The translations under genes were made by a program, and so were the position numbers. Below are positions 12,407-25,989 of a DNA stretch of 64,000 nt, piece by piece. The DNA is from the human T2T-CHM13v2.0 reference genome, Homo sapiens, in the NCBI RefSeq assembly GCF_009914755.1, contig NC_060936.1. One strand, written 5' to 3'. A model generated the notes under the pieces. That model worked only from the letters and a program-made list of their open reading frames with translations, searched no databases and had not been told where the DNA came from. Positions within the stretch are counted from its first letter, which is position 1, and each line of letters starts with the position of its first letter.

Positions 12407-13504
12407 CGAGCCGGGCCGGCTGGAGAGCGGGTCTGGGCGGCGCCTTGGCGGGAGGAGGGACTGCCGGACCCACGCGGCGGCCCGCCCCCTGCCTAGCCGC
12501 AAGGCTGTCCCCGCAGCCGCCAATTCTGACCCGGAGCGGGACCGGACCGCGGCGGGCTGTGCGGATGCCACCAGGGAGACGCCGCGAGCGGCCACGCCGC
12601 CCCGCTGACCGGTCTCCACAGAGAAGCTGCGAAGAGCACCCCGCCACCCTCAGGGTCGGCCTATACTGGCGCGCATCCATTTACTATCATTGACTGCATG
12701 TAAATAAACAAGCAGTCACCAAAAGTGGGAGGCGACTTCGGGGACTTAGGGAGACCGGGCGGACGATTTCCCACACCGGGGCTGTCTGATCGCCGCCCCG
12801 ATTATTATCAGCCTCAGCACTTGGGCTGGGAATTTAGCCCCAGGCCCAAACAAACACGACAGACCCTTTCAACGCTAATCTTCTCGGGTCAGGAGGCTTG
12901 TGATATTTTGCTATCTTTCTTGATATTTTGAACCCATCACAAGGTCTCTAAACAGGGACTTCGCTTATACCCAGGGCCCCTGAAATCACAAACAAAAGAC
13001 AACTGTTTTTAAGTAGAGATGGCCTTGGTAGTTTAGACCTGAGGAGAGTCATTCAAACATTAATTAGAAGACAGATTAATCAGTTAAAGTTCGTGGAGTT
13101 AAGACATTAAACAATGGGGCAATTAAACATGCTAGCATACCCGGAGTCTGTGTTGATAAACTACCTAGAAATGTATCTTGGGAGAGTCTTGAGGATTGAG
13201 GGCTGGAAAAGCAGCGCCTGTACCTGATAGGATCGCCCCTCCTCCGAGACTTTCAGTTCCATTCCTCTAGTCCACATCATAAACCACCAATAAAGCTGAA
13301 TTTAAATCCCAGCTATTATGTCTGTTAACCAAGGCTTTACATCAACTGTCATCCTTTCCTTTCTACTCTTACACGGGCTGTAATCTGCAAGGTTTATTCC
13401 AGTCTCCCCCTCCTAGCGCCAGGTGGAAGGGGCAGAAGAGAAAAGTGAAAGACAGGGAAGGGGAGAAAATGTGCCTACTCTATGTTAAGTACAAGCTAAA
13501 TCTT

Positions 13505-13670
13505 TTGCACTTATCGTATCATCTTATTTAATCATCACGACAACCTTATGAGGTAAAATACTTTTTACCGTTTTACAAATGACGAAACAGATTTAGAGGT
13601 TAAAACGTTGGCACAAGTTCACATAGTTAAAAAATGGAGTATACTTCATGTCGGATCATAGTCACTCTAC
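13505..13670 (-). mobile_element. MIR
   Basis: TTTAATCATCACGACAACCTTATGAGGTA...TTTTACAAATGACGAAACAGA is the reverse MIR core. Confidence 0.7.
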
Positions 13671-13689
13671 TCCCAGATCATCAGTGGCC

Positions 13690-14203
13690 CTCATTCCACT
13701 TGACATAAAAGCAAAATTCTTCTCAAAAATCCTACATGGCCTTAAATTATTTGATATCCCCTACCCTCTTCTCTGAACTCTCATCCTACTGTTCTCCCTT
13801 CCTTACTTACGTAGATAAACATTGGTTACTGGCTGTTCCTTGAAAATGCCAGGCAGGCGTCTTCCTCAGGGAATATGCACTTGCTACCCCTCTGGCACCT
13901 CATTTAAATCTTTGTTCCAAAGTGTTTTTAAAAGGAGATCTTCCCTAAAAAGATCATCTTTGATACTGTAATTTCGCCCTTGTCCCAGATCTGTCTCTTT
14001 TCCTACTTTTTCTCCAGAGCTCTCATCACCTTCAATAATACACTATCTATTTTGTTTTCTTGTCTCTCTACCATCAGAATGTAAGCTCCATGAGGGCATG
14101 GGTTTTGGTCTGTTTCATTTACTGCTAAATTTCCAGCACCTAAGACAGTCTCTGACACAAAAAGGCATTCAATAAATATTTATGGAATGTTGAATGAGTG
14201 AAT
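13690..14203 (+). mobile_element. L2 3' end
   Basis: GAATGTAAGCTCCATGAGGGCA...CAGCACCTAAGACAGT...TCAATAAATATTTATGGAATG..GAATGAGTGAAT, a typical L2a terminus. Confidence 0.75.
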
Positions 14204-17200
14204 CTGTGGACCCTCTGTGGATTCTAAATCCTAATCCATGAACTCTGTGACTCTAAATCTTTACTTTAGACAGAGTGTCTTAAACCTCCTGTCAATCTCT
14301 GTCTTCATCTTAACAAAATCTGCTTTGAAACTTAGGTCACCTTCTGATAAGCCACATTCCGTGCAGCTCAGAGATACTTATCTCGTACATAATAGACACA
14401 AGGAATTCTTAAATGAATGAATTTGCGCTTATGTGTATGCTACTTTGTGGTCACTCAAGCATAAATCACAGATTTATTTTGTACAACATCAAGTGCATGA
14501 TAAGTTCTTGTTTCCTCTTACAGCTGTGAATATGATGTTCTTCCTATAGTTGATGTTCCATACATCTTAAAAGGACTATAATATAGAAGAGGGGAAAGCT
14601 TTATATAGCACTTTTATGCTGATTATAAAAATTCTGGCATTAGCAGAAACCTAATCCATCCACATGGTCTCAGTTATCATCTAGGCTCATGATTCGTAAA
14701 GCAAATCTGCATCCAACCATTTGTTCCACGCACCCCACACTCCAGTTTTACCTCAGACACTTTCTCTTTCCTTTTCACTTCCACAGCAATTTATACATAT
14801 GGTATGTCAGGTCTTTCTGCCGTTCAGTCCTGGGTACTTTCTTAGAAGCCGGCACCACCTCCTTGCAACATTACCTTTCTTTCCTTAACATAGAGGTCTC
14901 AAGGGTAAATGCTTTAGGAATCACCTGCCATGCCTACCAAAAATGCAAGTTCCTAGGCCCCTCACCCAGATATTTTATTCAGTTGGTCTAAGGTAGACCA
15001 GTAATCTTCATTTTTAGCAAATCAAATGATCCTAAACTGGTAGTTCACTGTGTGCACATTGAGAAACTCTGATGTAGATATTCAAATTCTTGGCACCTGC
15101 ACTTTCTACTGTCTTCAGGGGTTCCTCTTTCTCGAGCCTGGTGGCTCCCTTGAACAGTCTCCCTGGCTCTCCCTTCCCTTGCTCTCTCCAAGGACAAGCA
15201 CACTGAAGTAGCCTGTGATCACAATGGGAAAGGGGGGAGGAAATAAAAAGTATAAGCATGGGGATTCCAGGCCTGCTCTCAGCTACAACTGAAGTTTCTA
15301 CCCTCTACTGTCAGACTGTCCTGGGAAGGCAGCCACGTACAAAGGTGTGCACGTACATACCCTTTTTATCTGCTGTACAGATAAAAGACCATACTGACCC
15401 TTTCTTTCACAAGAAACCCTCTTCTGCAGATAGAATTAAAGCCAGAACAACAGGAGTACCCTTATGTTACCTGGGCTCTTAGAAAAAAGGTATAAAATGC
15501 TAGGACACCCTCAGAGCACTGCAAATGCTGAGGATTTACTTTAAGGCAATAAGGACACTTTAAAAAACCCTATCATCAGGCGGAGAGCTGCTGTTCAGTC
15601 CAGCAATCAACTGCACTTGTGAGCCAGCAACAGGCTGTGGGGCCCTGCTCATCCCTTCATTAACAAGTATCCATTGCCTATGACTCTAGTAATTTTGCCA
15701 TTCTCATAAATCACCATCTGTCCACTGCTTTTTCATGTAGTCTTAGCTTCTACTGCTATCTGTGCTTCTAGTGGTCACTCTCTGTGACTAACATTCAAAG
15801 CATTCCAAGAGAGAAGATCTGGCCATGTCTGTCATTCACTGTTCAATAGGAAGGGCCTTTATGGGACACAATTTTCCTGATTGGTGGCTGGCCTTCTTTA
15901 TGTCTGGCTAAAAGATTATTGTGTTTGTTTGTGTGTCAACCCTGGGTCCAGACGGTTGTGGCCAGAGTAGCAGGACGCAGAGCAGGGGAACTTGAGCAGG
16001 AGGAGCCATCTACGATGCTTTCATGGACTCTACTTCAGCACAACCTTTTGACTCTGGCAGGAATTTGAACACATGAATGGGTGCTGCTTAATTCACTTAC
16101 TCTGCACTTTATCCTTACTGGACACTTATTTCATTATACTTTGTATACCTTTTTTGCAAATATGTTTTCCCATAACTGCTTTACTAGGTTGTAAATTATT
16201 CCAGGCCCATTTCTTTTAATTCTATGTTTTCATAGTTCTTAGCACATTTGGGTCCTCTGTAAATATTCCTGAAGTGAATGAAATTATAACAAGCTTCAGT
16301 CCTCTCTCTTCACAGGCACTTCATTCTCATCAAACCAATTTCCTGGACCATTTCTAAATGAATATTCTGTTATCATGGCAAATGCCTGTCCAAAGCCAAA
16401 TTCCCCATGTTATTCCCTCTAACGAATTCCCTCTCTCAATTCCTCCATCTTACCTGAGTGACATCATGGTCCTCCAGAACATTTAGACATGAAAACTTAA
16501 TTTTTAACCCAGTCCTTATTAAAATTAGTCACAGCTCCTTTTAATTATACTTCCTGAGTATTTTCCCATATCTGCCTCTTCTGTATTCCTTCCTTCTCAG
16601 CTACATTTCTGGAATAACTTCTTCATTGACTTTCCTACCTCCTGGCTTTCTTTGTCTCAATTCAGTTTTATGATGTTGCCAAATTAACCTTTCTTCCGCA
16701 TGTCTTTTATCATCATCAAACATTTACTCTGTGCCTGCTCCATATAGGCTACATGCATACTGGGTATATATTTGAACAGTGGAAAGAGTTACAAGCTAAG
16801 TACCTAATGAGTACCTAAAGATGATAAGTACCTTTAAAATTATAGGGGAAAATGATCTCTGGTCCCAGTTAAGTCTCCCCTTCCCGGAGACTTAATCTTG
16901 CTTCCAAGTCTGTAATAACTTCTTATATCCAGCTGAATCCAGTCCAAATCCTTGGTGCCTAGCTTTTGAGAGCATCCATAGTCAGGCACCATCCTGACCC
17001 TATGACTTTGTTTCCCAGCTTCTCAAAGCAGATAGATGGTCTCCCCTCCTTGAGTGAATCCCCTCTCTATACCCTTAAAATTGGATATTTTATTTATGTC
17101 TCTGCTCCTTTTCTCACCCAGCACCTTTTTGTCTTTCTGTTTGCTACAATTCTCTCTCATTCAAGATTTAGAATAAGACCTATTTTCTCCATGAATGCTT

Positions 17201-17666
17201 TGTTGATTATGCTGCCTCTTTTTTATCTCCTTCTCTATTGTTTTATGTGGGTTAATCATGTCTCCCCAAGTAAATTCTAAAATCCTAGAGGCAAGAGCCG
17301 TATCTCAGGTGTGTGAACCCCACTCACCTGTAGAGCCTAGTTCATTGCAATTACTCAATAACCACATGAATACACATAATGTGCTTATCAGCAAGGTAAA
17401 CATGATGAAAGCAATGTTTGAGGAAGATTAGAATGGCAGCTACATGCAGAAAAGATTGGAAGGAAAAAAGACCTCAGGTAAAGTATTTTGTGGATAGCAT
17501 AACAGTACCTAGTAGCGGTGGGAATGGTGCGCTGGCTTAATTTACTAGTCCTGTGAGCTAGAACAAATCCGTGAATCCCTTCAAGATTCATGTTTACGAA
17601 TGGAGTAATGCAATAACTGCTACCATTTTTAAAACTCCTCCTATGAGCCAGACAAGATTTACACTA

Positions 17667-17975
<309 letters not shown>

Positions 17976-17994
17976 AGATTTACATTATTTTAAA

Positions 17995-18725
17995 CAAATC
18001 TATCCCACATTTGTCCACTTCTCAACTTCTTCGCTGCTCCCAGTGTAGTCCAAGCCATTGCTTTCCCTCCCCTAGGCAGGCAGATAGCAGCTAACAGGCC
18101 TCCTTGCGTCTGCTCTTGTTCCTCTACAATCTATTCTCCACAGAGCAGCCAGACTGGTTCTTTTAAAAATGCAAAATGGGTCATGTGACCAGATCAAGCT
18201 CTCCACTGGCTTCTGTTGCACTCACAATAAAATTCACACTCCTTCAAGCCGTTTCATGATCTAGTTTTTGCCTACTTCTGATTGCACCATGCAAGACCCT
18301 TATCCTCACTAGGCTTCAACTTCACCAGCCACCTTTTTCTTCCCAGTACACAGCGAGCTCTTTTCCTCCTTAGGCCTGTGACTGCTCTTTTCTCAGTCAG
18401 GCATGCCCCTGCTAGCCAGGTTTTCTGTCTTTCAGGTGTCAGCTGAGAGACATTGCTTCAGTGAGAGACTCCCCAACACCAGGTCTAAATCAGCAATCCT
18501 CACCTTATTCCCTAACTTCAATCCTTCAGTGAATCTCTCTTTCACATAGTGGCCTGTGTTATTCTTTTATTTAGCGCTTATCATATCTGAAGTTATCTTG
18601 ATCATTTATTGACTGCTTGCCTGTTTCCTCCCCTGAAATATAAATTTCATGAGCCAGGGACCACTGAATCCTCAACGTCCAGAAAGAGCCTGGCACATAG
18701 TAGTCACTTAATAAAGATTTGTTGA
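17995..18725 (+). mobile_element. L2 fragment
   Basis: CCTCTACAATCTATTCTCCACAGAGCAGCCAGA...; terminus GCCTGGCACATAGTAGTCACTTAATAAAGATTTGTTGA. Confidence 0.7.
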
Positions 18726-18842
18726 TAAGTTGCCATAAAGAAAATAATAGGACGAATAATCCACTCTAAGTGAGGTCTCTGCAAGTCAATTTAGATCTCT
18801 TGGCTTTGCTTCTATCTACATAATACAATAGTACTTCATTTA

Positions 18843-19136
18843 GGCCAGGCATGGTGGCTCATGCCTATAATCCCAGCACTTTGGGAGGCCAAGGCAAGAG
18901 AATCGCTGGAGTCCAGGAGTTTGAGACCAACCTGGCAATGTGGTAACATGGCAAAACGCCATCTCTACAAAAAATACAAAAATTAACCAGGCATGGTAGC
19001 ATGCGCCTGTAGTCCCAGCTTTGGGGGAGGGGGGATTGCTTGAGCCCAGGAGGTCAAGGCTAAAGTGAGCTGAGATCACGCTACTGCATTCCAGCCTGGG
19101 CGATGAATGAGACCTAGTTTGAAAAAAAAAAAAAAA
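18843..19136 (+). mobile_element. AluJ
   Basis: GCTTGAGCCCAGGAGGTCAAGGCT is diagnostic of the J subfamily; poly(A) tail. Confidence 0.9.
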
Positions 19137-19700
19137 GTGCTTTAGTGCTTGGTTTTGTTTTTAAGGATATCAGAAATCAGAAGTATTTTTAAAAATCATT
19201 TCCTTCTAATTCCCCAAGCATGTGCTAATTGGACTCCCTGCTGATTACAAGCCTGATTTTCCTACTTTCTGTCTCTTCTCTCTAATCACAGTTGTTGGAT
19301 ATGTTGTCAGGTGCTTCTAGTTCATTCATGGTGATATGTATTCAAATAGAGCTTTATTTGTGCACATCAGTTTAACATTATGGAGTCTAGGGGCATTAAC
19401 CCTTTGGGCCCAGACATCTCATTTAGGATCCACATGTCCTCAGTTGAATAAGGCAAGTCACCTTTGAGGTAAATTCTTTTTGGAAGATTGTTCTGCCTTG
19501 TCAATAATTTTTTATATTAGAAGTCTATAAATGTAGAGAGGTGGTAAATGGAAGTATAAATGATTATTTCACTTTAATCTGAATTATTTTCATAAATAGT
19601 TGTAATGCCTGCATAAATTAATTCTATCTTAATGTATGAAAACCTCAACAAACTCAAACATTACCATTTGTTACAGGCCCTTAAGAAGCCAATATTAGCA

Positions 19701-19989
19701 GGCTAGGCACGGTAGCTCACACCTGTAATCCCAGCACTTTGAAAGGCCGAGGCCGGCGGATCCTTGAGGTAAGAAGTTCAAGACCAGCCTGGCTACATGG
19801 TGAAACCCCGTCTCTACTAAAAATACAAAAATTAGCTGGGCGTGGTGGTGGACGCTTGTAATCCCAGCTACTAGGGAGGCTGAGGCAGGAGAATTGCTTG
19901 AATCCAGGAGGTGAAGGTTGCTATGAGCCAAGATTGTGCCACTACACTCCAGCCTGGGCGACAGGGCAAGACTCTAAAAAAAAAAAAAA
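19701..19989 (+). mobile_element. Alu (AluS-type)
   Basis: Full dimer; TSD AAGAAGCCAATATT (19683-19696 / 19988-20001). Confidence 0.94.
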
Positions 19990-20169
19990 GAAGCCAATAT
20001 TCAATATTAGCTAATCTAATATGTTAATAACATTTTATTCATTCAGTCAGTCAATAGGTATTTCTTTACTGAGCCCTTACTATATGCCCGGTATCATCTT
20101 TGATATTTGGGATGCATTGGTATACCAAACAGACACATATCTCTGCTATCTTGGAAGTCACATTCTAAG

Positions 20170-20590
20170 GCAGTGCTCCTCAGACTTTTTGATGTCAGGA
20201 TCATTTCACATATTTAGAAGTTATTTGTTTAAAATAATAATAAACCCATCACATATTAACATAAATAACATTATGAAAATAATTATATTTTTAAAAATAT
20301 GTAATGAGAAGAGTGGCATCGTTTTAACATATTTGCAAATCCTTAATGCCTTGTTTAATAGAAGAGGCTAGATTCTCAAATCTGCTCCTGTATTCTCTCT
20401 GTTATATCACATATAACCTCTGGAAAACTCCACTGTACACTCATGAGAGAAATGAAAATGAAAAAGGAAAATAACATCTCACATCTCAGTATTATTATGA
20501 TTAGAGATTTGACCTTCCAGACCTCCTGAAAAGGTCTTGGAACCCCCCACCTCTGAACAAGGGTGCCTGTAGAACACTGAGAACTGCTGT
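20170..20590 (-). mobile_element. hAT-Charlie fossil (same family as 8820-9710)
   Basis: Reverse complement reads CAGCAGTTCTCA...CCTTTTCAGGAGGTCTGGAAGGTCAAA...GAGCAGATTTGAGAATCTAGCCTCTTCTATTAA, aligning by eye with the intron-1 copy. Confidence 0.65.
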
Positions 20591-21064
20591 TCTAAAGAAT
20601 TTTTTATCAATTTTTTTTTTTTTTGCTAATGAAACAGGGCCAAATTGAATAAAGACCAATGCAATAATTAGCTTTTCCAAAACTATTGTTTTACTCCTCA
20701 GAACAGGTTATCTGATTCCCTCTTAGACAGTATCTATTGATAATGGTAACCAGGATAAATTATTGTTAAGATAATATACAAAGTAAAACAGATGCCCGAA
20801 ATGATGCACTTTTTTGCAATAACTGAAATTTCTTGTTTTTAGGTCAGTCTTGTGTTCTTCAGCATCTTGAAGTACTTTACAAATTTTAATTAATTGAACT
20901 TCCCAAGATGCCAATAAAATGTTTCCAAATACAAATTTTGTGCACTTTGTAAACAGTTTGACAGGGTAACAGGGCTTGTCCTAGCTTGAAGGAAAGCTGT
21001 GAGCAAAACCAAAGAATTATTGTGTATTTATTGTGACTATAAACACACTATATTGTCTCCAGAC

Positions 21065-21361
21065 TTTTTTTTTTTTTTGAGACAGAGTTTCCCTCTTGTC
21101 GCCCAAGCTAGAGTGAAATGGCGCAATGTCAGCTTACTGCAACCTCCACCTCCCAGGTCCAAGTGATTCTCCTCCCTCAGCCTCCCACATAGCTAGGATT
21201 ACAGGCACCCGCCACCACGCCCAGCTAATTTTTGCATTTGTAGTAGAGATGGGGTTTCACCAGGTTGGCCAGGCTGGTCTCGAACTCCTGACCTCAGGTG
21301 ATCCACCCGCTTCAGCCTCCCAAAGTGCTGTGATTACAGGCGTGAGCCACCGCACCCGGCC
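21065..21361 (-). mobile_element. Alu (AluSx-like)
   Basis: Reverse dimer with CCTGACCTCAGGTGATCC; flanking repeat CCAGACT. Confidence 0.94.
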
Positions 21362-21699
21362 CAGACTGTTTTAATTTACCATGTTTGTCAGGAGAATGGA
21401 CTATGTTGTTATAATGAAAGTTACTGCTCTCAATGTCTTGACAATATTTTATCTTTCATTTTGTTTTTTACGCCTTTTTCTTTCCTGTCTTGTTCTCTCC
21501 CTTCTTCCCTCCTTGCCACCCTCCTGTCTCCTTCCATCCTTCCTTCCTTAATATTTTTCAGAAAAAAATGCCAAAACTATAAAATTCCTCGAAACTTAAT
21601 TTAATCATGAAATCTTAACCCACCTCCATGAAACATCCAGCTATCTAGAAGTCATCACTTAAGTGACCTCAAACTCACTGTATCTCATCCACTGATGTT

Positions 21700-22272
21700 C
21701 AAGTCACAATAAAATCTTGTCACTCCTCTGTTCAAAACTTCCAATAGCTTCCCATCTCATTCAAAGGTAAAACCCTCAGATGACCTACAAAGGGCCTCTT
21801 ACCTTTCCAATTCCATGTCCTACTCCTTTCCTCCTGGTTTGATCTTTTACTGTCACAGTGACCTCCTCTTTTTCCTTGAACATACCAGGCAGACACCTAC
21901 CTCAGGGCCTTTGCACCTGCTGTTCTCCCTGCCTGGAAGGCTCTTTCCTGAGATAACTCATGGTCTGCTCCCTCACCTCCTTCAGCTCTGTGCTGAAATG
22001 CCACTTTCTCATTGAGGTCTTTCCTGACCACCTTATTCTTAAAAAATGAAACTTCCATCCCAGAACTCTCTTTTCTTTATCTGCATATTTTCCCATATAA
22101 CTTATCACCATCTGTCACACAATATGTTTCACTTATTTATTTGTTCATAGTCTGTCTTCCCCCAATTAGAAATTAGGCTATACAAGAGCTAGGATTTGTG
22201 TCTGTTTTATTCACTATGGATTTCCCATCACTAGAATACATAATAGACACTCAAAAAATATTTGTTAAATGA
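21700..22272 (+). mobile_element. L2 3' end
   Basis: CCTCAGGGCCTTTGCACCTGCTGTTCTCCCTGCCTGGAA...; terminus CACTCAAAAAATATTTGTTAAATGAA. Confidence 0.78.
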
Positions 22273-22845
22273 AAAAAATAAATCGTAAAATGCACTTTGA
22301 CATGTGTCAGAATGAATAAGAATGTAGCCAACTAAGAAAACATGCTTAAGTGTAATAAATAGGTATTTCCAGAAAATCATCCTGAAGTCGCTATTTCATC
22401 AACAATCAAGGATAAACGGATATTCCATTCAACTTTTTCTACTGGCTTCAGAATATTATACAGCTTATATTGTTTTTTTTTTTTAAGTGAATGGCAGGAC
22501 TACCAAAATGAATTCTGTTAATAGATAAATTTGTGAGCTGAGTGTAAATTCTCCTCAAAATTTTATATGAGAGAAGGCACTTAACTACCTTTGAACTTAT
22601 TCTTATACATTTCTTATTTTATCTTTATGGTTTAAGAAAGCTACTGGCCTAAGATCAGTTTTATCAAAACAAACAAAATAAACCCTCAATAACCAATCTA
22701 ATTTTCTAAGTGAAAATGTGTTATGAGTAAAGATATTTATGTATTATAAAAATCAAAGAGCACATACTAGGCAATTGTATATAATTTTTGATAGAATTTG
22801 AAGAATCAAATTCAGAAAATAGAGGTACGAATGAAAAACTGAGTC

Positions 22846-23529
<684 letters not shown>

Positions 23530-25989
23530 GAGTCTAATTAATACTGGGAATGTGCACATGTGTGTGGATGGTGGGGGAATATATTGTGTGTGTAGACCTT
23601 ATCAACCCTCAATAATGCCTGGTGGTGATAGCATCAAGTCTATCAGCTCTGAACTAGCAAACTGTTGAGATGTATTTAACTGCGAGGATATCTACAAGTC
23701 ATTTGTAACTAATGTTAAAGTACTTCACACTTCAGTTGGCTTTAAAATTTTTAATTCATGCTCAAGGTTACCCCTAGCACAATGCTTCTCAAGCTGGCTT
23801 GAATTATCATATGGCTTTCTTGAGTGGGAGTTGCAGTGAGTTCCCATGGGAGTATATTATGAATGTGATTATCCTCAATCATTTGTGTCTCAGAGAGAAA
23901 ACATTGAGAATTATTGGTCTGATTCATTTTCCAAGGAAAATTAGAAACCCTACAAAATAAAGAAGAAAGCAAGCAAAGCTTTGATATCATTATTAATAAG
24001 CTGTTGGGCCATCATTTTCTAATAATTTTAGAGTGAAACACTAGATAGCCATTCATCATGACCATGGTTTCAGATGGTTAGAAGCAAGCTGCTGTAATGC
24101 ATGTAGGTTCACAGGGTGAAATGGGAGTTTCAAAATTTCCAAATGGTGCAGTGTTATGCATTGACTCATTAATATATGAAACTCAACATCCAAAGGTAGA
24201 TCACTTTTGGTTTTCTTTCAAATCTAAGATTTCTCAGAGCATCTGAAAAAAACAAAAAGTATTACTTTGTAAGAGAACTTGGGGCTGATTAGGCTTCCAG
24301 TAACATCTCTACACAAAAAAGTAAACAATGTGTAGAGTAGTTATTATTTTTCCTTATGTGCTGTTAAAGAAACAAGCTGTTATGGAACCGCATCTTGTAT
24401 GTGATTCCATTGCTATAAATTAAAGAAAGATGTGTAGTATCGCTGTGACACTAGCTTACTATAGACAGCTGTAATAAATAAATAATGATGTGTATAAATG
24501 CAAGACACTGACACACATACTCAATACTACCACTGAAAAGTATATGTAGTTTTATAATGATAATACACATAATCTTTCACCTAGGCTTTTGCACTGGGTT
24601 CCTAACTGGTCCCCTCAATTATGATTTTTCTTTCTTCAAATCCACTTCATATACTATTTTCAGATTAATCCTCTTGAAGTACACTGCTGACATCCCTCCC
24701 TTCTTCAGAAATCATAAGTGCCTACAGCATTAATACCTATGGAATAAAATTCAAACCTGAGTCTGCTGTTTCAACCATATTTGCCACTACCCTTTCCCTT
24801 AAGGTGCCTTACTGAAGCTAAACTTCTTCACTCCTCTACTTGTCCTGCCACTGTGATTTTGCCCGCTGCCTGGAATTCTTGTTTCATGTCAGAATCCTCC
24901 ATGATTTTTAAGCGTTAGCAAAGCAGATTCTAATGGGGAGACGGTTCTAGACCTGTGTGTTATACCTACTCCTTGGTTTTATGGGGAAGTGAAAACTCTC
25001 CAAAAGTGCAAATATTTGACCACTATTTTTACAATATTCTCTCTGATGTATTTTTATCATAGCCTCAAAAACTTTCATGACAACATAATACCTTCAAAAC
25101 ACCGTAAAAGTCTCATTTTTAGAGAATATGTCTGGGGGAAGCAATCCCCCCCTTCACACCCAACTTGGCACCCTCTTACTTCAAGGCTCTTCTCAGATGA
25201 CACTGTCATCATAAAGCCTCATCTCTGATTCTCTCAGTAAGAAATGATTTTCTACTTCTTTGCAGAGTTTACAGGAAAAAAAAAAAAAGACATAATTTCC
25301 ACTCTTCTTGACTCTCATTATACTTTATCTGTTTCTCCTATTCATTCAAACATCTGTGTGGCCTCTGAGTGTCTGGTGCTGAAACTGCAAGAGTAAGAAG
25401 CATCCTGCTGCTAAGCATTTAACCCTCTTATGTGTGTGTTGTGTTTGGAAGGGTCTTTTCAGTGTGCCACAAACAGGCACACCCAGGCTACTCCTAATCA
25501 ATAGGAATATATTGTGAAGCTCTGCAGGGAAGTGAAAGAAAGAACAAGAAAGTGTCTCAATAGCCACATCAATTGAGAAAAGAACTTTTCCCAGGACACA
25601 GCTGTGCTTGGGACCCTCCAGGCTCAGAAGCACTAGCTATCTGCCTCAGCTGGCCATCCTCATCCCTTCAACTCAAGCAACACAACATCAGTTACCCCTT
25701 GTTCTAGTTTTCCACTATCACCATGCCTTAGCAACCTTCCATCTCTGCTTCTCAACTGCAGCAACATTATCAACACATTTACTCTCTCTGCATGTCTCAT
25801 TCAAATTTCTGGAGGGTGATTTTGAATGAGCTAGCCAGTGAGTGACTTATCAGCATTGAACTCCTGTATTGGGCAGAGTTCATGCCCCAGACCAGCTCTG
25901 GAAACAGGTTGTTCATCTCAGATCCAATCTTCTAAGCATTAAGATGCATAATGTATACACAAAATAATTCTAACTTTTTAAAAAAAATC

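Larger units (their letters stand above)
11440..12800. promoter_or_regulatory. CpG island / TATA-less KRAS promoter
   Basis: Very high GC and CpG density against CpG-depleted flanks; GC boxes (GGGGCGG, CCCGCCCC); YY1-like AAATGGCGG at 12055-12063. Confidence 0.95.

Noticed and set aside
11066-12931. Cluster of long overlapping ORFs (214, 308, 138, 119 aa and others) in the CpG island
   Set aside because: Stop codons are rare in very GC-rich DNA and the products are low-complexity R/G/P/A. The 308-aa frame is kept only because it joins KRAS in frame through the alternative donor; its ATG (12680) lies upstream of the usual TSS.
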